NCBI GenBank assembly: GCA_963729985.1
Contig: CAVSPJ010000008.1
Location: forward strand, 652,705-716,704
DNA from: an uncultured Gemmatimonadales bacterium
GTDB taxonomy: Bacteria > Gemmatimonadota > Gemmatimonadetes > Gemmatimonadales > GWC2-71-9
Length of the DNA: 64,000 bases
Direction: 5' to 3'
Part shown: positions 59,879-64,000 of the stretch, piece by piece
Position numbering within the stretch: position 1 is the stretch's first letter
How the letters are laid out: every line of letters starts with the position of its first letter
Translations under genes and position numbers: made by a program
The notes under the pieces: model-generated
What the model was told of the DNA's origin: nothing
The model's database searches: none
The model's input: the letters and a program-made list of their open reading frames with translations, nothing else

Positions 59879-61342
59879 ATGGACGATACTGACATCCTCA
59901 ACCGGCTGCGAAAGCTCGAGCGTGAGGCCCGCCCGCTGGAGCCAGGCACCAGCCGACGGCGACGGCTCCGCGATGCCGTGATCGCCTCCTCCGAACGGTT
60001 CCTCCGGAAGATCGAGACCCTGAAGGCGTTCGACGATGTCGGCGACAGAGGCAGCGGGTTGCTGGACCATCCCATTGCCGAGCGGGGCGTTCCGCTCGAT
60101 GCCGCGATCGAGCTGATCGAGCGCCACGTCGTGCGGCCGGGCGCCAACACCGCGTCGGGGGGGCACCTGGCCTATATCCCGGGCGGCGGGATCTACCACT
60201 CCGCACTGGGCGATTACCTGGCCGCGGTCGGCAACAAGTACGCGGGCGTCTTCTTCGCCGGGCCGGGGCCGGTGCGGATGGAGAACTTGCTGATCCGGTG
60301 GGTCGCGGACCTGGTGGGCTATCCCCCGGGGGCCGCCGGCAACATCGCCTCCGGCGGCAGCATCGCGAACCTCACGGCGATCGTCACCGCACGCGACGCC
60401 CACGGCCTCCGCGCGGCGCACTATCCCTCCGCGGTCGTCTATCTCACGGCCCAGGCGCACCACTCCATCGAGAAGGCGCTCCGCATTGCCGGCATGGGCG
60501 AGGCGCCGATCCGCCATGTTCCGATGGACTCCGGATACCGGATGCGGCCCGACGCGTTGGAGCAGGCGATCGGCGCCGACCGGGCTCAGGGGCTTCGGCC
60601 GTGGCTGGTGATCGCGGCCGCCGGCACCACCGACACCGGCGCCGTGGACCCGCTCGACGCCATCGCGAGCGTCGCCCGGCGGGAGCGGTGCTGGTTCCAC
60701 GTGGACGCGGCCTATGGGGGGTTCTTCCTGCTGACCGAGTACGGCCGGGCCGCGCTGCGAGGCATCGAGCGGTCCGACTCGGTCGTGCTCGACCCGCACA
60801 AGGGCTTGTTCCTGCCCTACGGGTCGGGCATCCTGGTGGTGCGCGACGCCGAGCCGCTCGTGGCCAGTCACGACCTCTCCGGCAGCTATATGCAGGACGC
60901 CGTCCGCGAGCCCAGCGAGATCTCTCCCGCCGATGTCTCGCCCGAGCTCTCCAAGCATTTCCGCGGGCTCCGGATGTGGCTGCCCCTCATCCTGCTGGGG
61001 ACCGGGCCGTTTCGTGCCGCCCTGGAGGAGAAGCTGCTGCTGGCGCGCTATTTCCATCGGGAGATCGAGCGGGCCGGGTACCAGGTTGGGCCGGAGCCGG
61101 ATTTGTCCGTCGTGACCTATCGCTGGGCTCCCGCGGGGGCGAGCCCCGACCGGATCGACGAGATCAACCGGGCGATCGTGGCCGGATCCCGGCGGGACGG
61201 CCGGGTCTTCCTCTCCTCCACCATGCTGGACGGCCGGTTCACGCTGCGGATGGCGTCGCTCGCGTTTCGCACCCACCGCCGGACGATCGACCTTGCCGTC
61301 CGGGTGCTGCGGGAGCAGGCCCGCGCGATCGGCGAGGCCTGA
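59879..61342 (+). CDS. PLP-dependent group II amino-acid decarboxylase
   Basis: ...GGSIANLTAIVTARD...WFHVDAAYGGFF...SVVLDPHKGLFLPYGSG (PLP lysine in HK). Confidence 0.85.
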   Translation: MDDTDILNRLRKLEREARPLEPGTSRRRRLRDAVIASSERFLRKIETLKAFDDVGDRGSGLLDHPIAERGVPLDAAIELIERHVVRPGANTASGGHLAYIPGGGIYHSALGDYLAAVGNKYAGVFFAGPGPVRMENLLIRWVADLVGYPPGAAGNIASGGSIANLTAIVTARDAHGLRAAHYPSAVVYLTAQAHHSIEKALRIAGMGEAPIRHVPMDSGYRMRPDALEQAIGADRAQGLRPWLVIAAAGTTDTGAVDPLDAIASVARRERCWFHVDAAYGGFFLLTEYGRAALRGIERSDSVVLDPHKGLFLPYGSGILVVRDAEPLVASHDLSGSYMQDAVREPSEISPADVSPELSKHFRGLRMWLPLILLGTGPFRAALEEKLLLARYFHREIERAGYQVGPEPDLSVVTYRWAPAGASPDRIDEINRAIVAGSRRDGRVFLSSTMLDGRFTLRMASLAFRTHRRTIDLAVRVLREQARAIGEA

Positions 61343-61454
61343 GGTACGATTGTGATGGCGATCCTGTCACGGACCGGCCGTTCTACGTAGGATGCAGGCA
61401 TTCCCAATTCGAGTATGGTCAATGTCTCGGCCCCTCGGACGATGAGCTGGCCTC

Positions 61455-61898
61455 ATGCGGCTACTCCATGTGCTGCTCCTGCTGCTGATCCTGCCGGCCG
61501 GCGGGGCGCGCGCGCCGGCCGCGCAACCGGCCACGGGCGGACCGGATCAGAGTCCACCGCCGCGCTGGCAGCTGGCGGCCGCCTTCGTGAAGCGCGACTC
61601 GGTCGCGCTCCGGCGGCTCCTGGCGTCCGATGTCATGATCTGGCCGCCGGCTCCCGACACCGCTCGTCGCGGGAGCGCGGCCATCAGCTACTTTCTCGGC
61701 CTGGCGCTCGCTTCGCGAGTCTCCCAGTCGGACTTCCGCCCCCGGAGGGTCACGGCCGACGGTGCGTACCTGATCGAGGACGGCATGTGGAACTTCACGC
61801 ATCGGCGGGTCAAGGTGAGTGCGCGCTATGATATCCGCTGGCGGCAGGTGAACGGCCGGTGGCAAGTGAGCTTTCTCAAGTGGGATCTCTTCCGCTAG
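61455..61898 (+). CDS. secreted SnoaL-like/DUF4440 protein
   Basis: Signal peptide, then ...ARYDIRWRQVNGRWQVSFLKWD. Confidence 0.5.
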   Translation: MRLLHVLLLLLILPAGGARAPAAQPATGGPDQSPPPRWQLAAAFVKRDSVALRRLLASDVMIWPPAPDTARRGSAAISYFLGLALASRVSQSDFRPRRVTADGAYLIEDGMWNFTHRRVKVSARYDIRWRQVNGRWQVSFLKWDLFR

Positions 61899-61907
61899 CG
61901 GAGCGCG

Positions 61908-62300
61908 ATGATGCGCGAGGGTAGGGGCATGAGGCCGGCGTGGCTTTCCCGGATCGAGACCGTGGGCACTACGCTCGTGGTCCTGATGGTGGGGAGCATG
62001 ATGCTCTGGTACGAGGCCGCCGACCGGGAGCGCCGCCTCGCCGTCACCATCGGCAGCGCCGTGGTCCTCTACGCCACCGCGCTGGTGGCGTTCGGATGGC
62101 GCTCCGCGCCGTCCCGGATCGCCTGGTGGCCCTTCGCCGCCGCCGGGCTGGTGACCGGCGCGGTCGCCGAGCTGATCAACGCAAAGTTCCTGGTGACGCG
62201 CGAGCTGTTCGTCGCCGCCGGCACCGGTCTGGTGATCGGGACGGCGCACTGGGTCGCGCTGCGGGTATGGATTCGACTGGTTCAGCGCCGCGAGGCGTAA
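61908..62300 (+). CDS. hypothetical integral membrane protein
   Basis: 130-aa ORF with 4 TM segments. Confidence 0.5.
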   Translation: MMREGRGMRPAWLSRIETVGTTLVVLMVGSMMLWYEAADRERRLAVTIGSAVVLYATALVAFGWRSAPSRIAWWPFAAAGLVTGAVAELINAKFLVTRELFVAAGTGLVIGTAHWVALRVWIRLVQRREA

Positions 62301-62324
62301 CGGGAGCACGCCGAGGAGAATCCC

Positions 62325-62735
62325 ATGGCCAACGAGGTCGTCGCGCACTACCTGGATGGTCGGGTCGTCAAAGGGGTCAGCCTGGACGTGGATCCCGGCC
62401 GGCCGAAATGCCACATCCGGACCGTGGCCCAAGGGACGCTGGAGGTCAAGCTGACCGAGCTGAAGGCGCTCTACTTCGTGAAGGATCTGGTGGGCGACTC
62501 CGGGCGCAGCGACATCCTGGCCCTGGAATCGGGTGACGGACGCGCGCGCGGTGCCTTCCCGATCGCGCTGGAATTCGTCGACGGCGAACACCTTGTCGGG
62601 CTCACGGTACGGTATCCGCCGGTGCGTCCGTTCTTCTTCGTGCTGCCGGGCGATGCGCGAAGCAACAACGTTCGAATCCTGGTGAACCGCGCGGCGGTGA
62701 AACGCATGAGCCAGCCACCGCCGCCGGCCGCCTAG
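62325..62735 (+). CDS. hypothetical conserved protein
   Basis: ...LDGRVVKGVSLDVDPGRPKCHI...LKALYFVKDLVGD...EFVDGEHLVGLT...GDARSNNVRILVNRAAV. The family name is not recalled. Confidence 0.5.
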   Translation: MANEVVAHYLDGRVVKGVSLDVDPGRPKCHIRTVAQGTLEVKLTELKALYFVKDLVGDSGRSDILALESGDGRARGAFPIALEFVDGEHLVGLTVRYPPVRPFFFVLPGDARSNNVRILVNRAAVKRMSQPPPPAA

Positions 62736-62800
62736 GGTTGCCGGATCGGGCCGCGGGATCGGGCCGCGATGGCCATCCAACCACCGGGGAAGGAGTGCAA

Positions 62801-63163
62801 GTGGCGCAGAACCTGGACGTGATTCTCAAGCGGTTCGAGCAGCCCGACGAGGTCCGGGAAATGGCCAAGGGCCGCTTCGAGCTGGTCCATATCGGGCCAC
62901 TGTCCGTCGGACGCGCGACCTACCAGCCGGGCTGGAGGTGGTCCGAGCACGTGGGGCCGACGGTCGGCGCCAATCGGTGCTCGGTCGAGCACGTGGGGCT
63001 GGTGCTCGCGGGCAGCGCCACCGTGGCGTTCGAGGACCGGGTGATCCAGATGCACGCGGGGGACTTGTTCTATGTACCTGCGGTACCCCACGACAGCTGG
63101 GTAGTGGGCAACGATTCGTACGTTTCCCTGCATTTTCTTGGCGCCGACCGGTACGCTCGGTGA
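62801..63163 (+). CDS. cupin-domain protein
   Basis: GTG 62801 after GAAGGAG. ...VEHVGLVLAGSATVAFEDRVIQMHAGDLFYVPAVPHDSW. Confidence 0.6.
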   Translation: MAQNLDVILKRFEQPDEVREMAKGRFELVHIGPLSVGRATYQPGWRWSEHVGPTVGANRCSVEHVGLVLAGSATVAFEDRVIQMHAGDLFYVPAVPHDSWVVGNDSYVSLHFLGADRYAR

Positions 63164-63286
63164 TCGGTCGGTCGGGCTCGAGGTAGAATCCAAGGCCGCT
63201 CCCCCGTATTACTTCCAGGTGTCGCGCCCCGCGTCGACAGATCGCCAGGCGGGCGGCTCACCCAGGAGCGTTTTGAGGAGTGAAAC

Positions 63287-63862
63287 ATGAGCACGCTGTC
63301 TCTCCCACGACCCGCGCCCCACGAATCCGCCCCGTTTTACCACGGGTATATCTCTCGGGTCGCGGACGGGCAGATCGGGGAATACCTGGTGGAGCAGCTC
63401 CAGGATCTGGAGCGCCTGATGGCCCCGCTCGACGACGCCATGGCGCGCGCCCGGTACGCGCCGGGCAAGTGGAGCGTCAAGGAGGTGGTGGGGCACATCA
63501 CCGACGCCGAGCGGATCTTCGGCTATCGCCTGCTGCGGATCGCACGCGGTGACGCGACGCCCCTCCCGGGGTTCGACGAGAACGCTTACGTGCCTCCCGC
63601 CGAGTTCGATGCCCGCACGCTCGCGTCGCTCCTAGGCGAGTTCCGGGCGCTCAGGCGGAGCACGATCGCCTTCCTGGAAGGACTGCCGCGTGACGCCTGG
63701 GCGCGCGCGGGGCAGGCGAGCGGCGCCTCCGTCAGCGCCCGGGCGCTGGCCTACATCATCGTCGGGCACGTCATGCACCACGCCGCGGTATTGTGCGAGC
63801 GCTACCACCTGGCACCGGCATCGGGCGCCGTGGCGGGGGCCGAAGGGCGAGCCGGACCATGA
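63287..63862 (+). CDS. DinB family protein
   Basis: ...YAPGKWSVKEVVGHITDAERIFGYRLLRIARGDATPLPGFDE...IVGHVMHHAAVL. Confidence 0.7.
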   Translation: MSTLSLPRPAPHESAPFYHGYISRVADGQIGEYLVEQLQDLERLMAPLDDAMARARYAPGKWSVKEVVGHITDAERIFGYRLLRIARGDATPLPGFDENAYVPPAEFDARTLASLLGEFRALRRSTIAFLEGLPRDAWARAGQASGASVSARALAYIIVGHVMHHAAVLCERYHLAPASGAVAGAEGRAGP

Positions 63863-64000
63863 TCTTTCGTGTCTGCGACAACGGGCAGGAGCGGATCGTA
63901 CCGGCATCGATGGAGCTGGTCGATCGGGTCTTTGCGCCGGAAGCGACCATTGCCGACGGCACCGAAATCACCCTGGCTGACGGCGACCGCTGGCTCGCGG
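63859..64000 (+). CDS. hypothetical protein, 3'-truncated by the window edge
   Basis: ATG 63859 overlaps the upstream TGA as ATGA. MIFRVCDNGQERIVPASMELVDRV... Confidence 0.4.
   Translation, partial: MIFRVCDNGQERIVPASMELVDRVFAPEATIADGTEITLADGDRWLA

Overview
High-GC (roughly 68-70%) bacterial chromosomal window with about 100 mostly small genes of accessory character. The source is probably a soil-type Gemmatimonadota- or Acidobacteriota-like organism, but that is inference only.

1. Positions 1 to ~10 kb are an integron-type gene-cassette array. Each unit has one short + strand ORF followed by an imperfect-palindrome attC site bounded by RYYYAAC (GCCTAAC/GCCTGAC/GCTTAAC) and GTTRRRY (GTTAGGC/GTTCGGC/GTTATGC). 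No intI or attI is in the window; cassette polarity puts them left of position 1. Degenerate attC-like sites continue to ~18 kb. One attC (14141-14230) appears split inside its GTTAG|GC core by a 1.2-kb IS110/IS1111-family element.

2. 41.9-45.6 kb (- strand) is a translationally coupled operon: a 63-aa Lys-rich peptide ending GPGCGTGKKTC, then an APH-like kinase, a HopA1-like putative phospho-Ser/Thr lyase and a LanC-like cyclase. This is a three-component (class V-like) lanthipeptide or dehydroamino-acid system. It abuts a PknB-type Ser/Thr kinase and a glutaredoxin-like gene, and is my top candidate for an undescribed system.

3. At least eight genes are frame-disrupted or truncated, two of them at G7/G8 runs, while 1.8-3.9 kb ORFs are intact.

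Other content:
- an AAC(6')-Ib-like acetyltransferase
- a 1289-aa double hybrid histidine kinase
- a MoaD-like (C-terminal GG) gene coupled to a BNR/Asp-box protein
- GH15, a PLP decarboxylase and a cold-shock protein
- many DinB, cupin, VOC, GNAT and SnoaL-like paralogs

No rRNA, tRNA or CRISPR was seen. Start codons are best guesses from SD-like motifs and family N-termini. All family names come from motif recognition by eye, not from searches.
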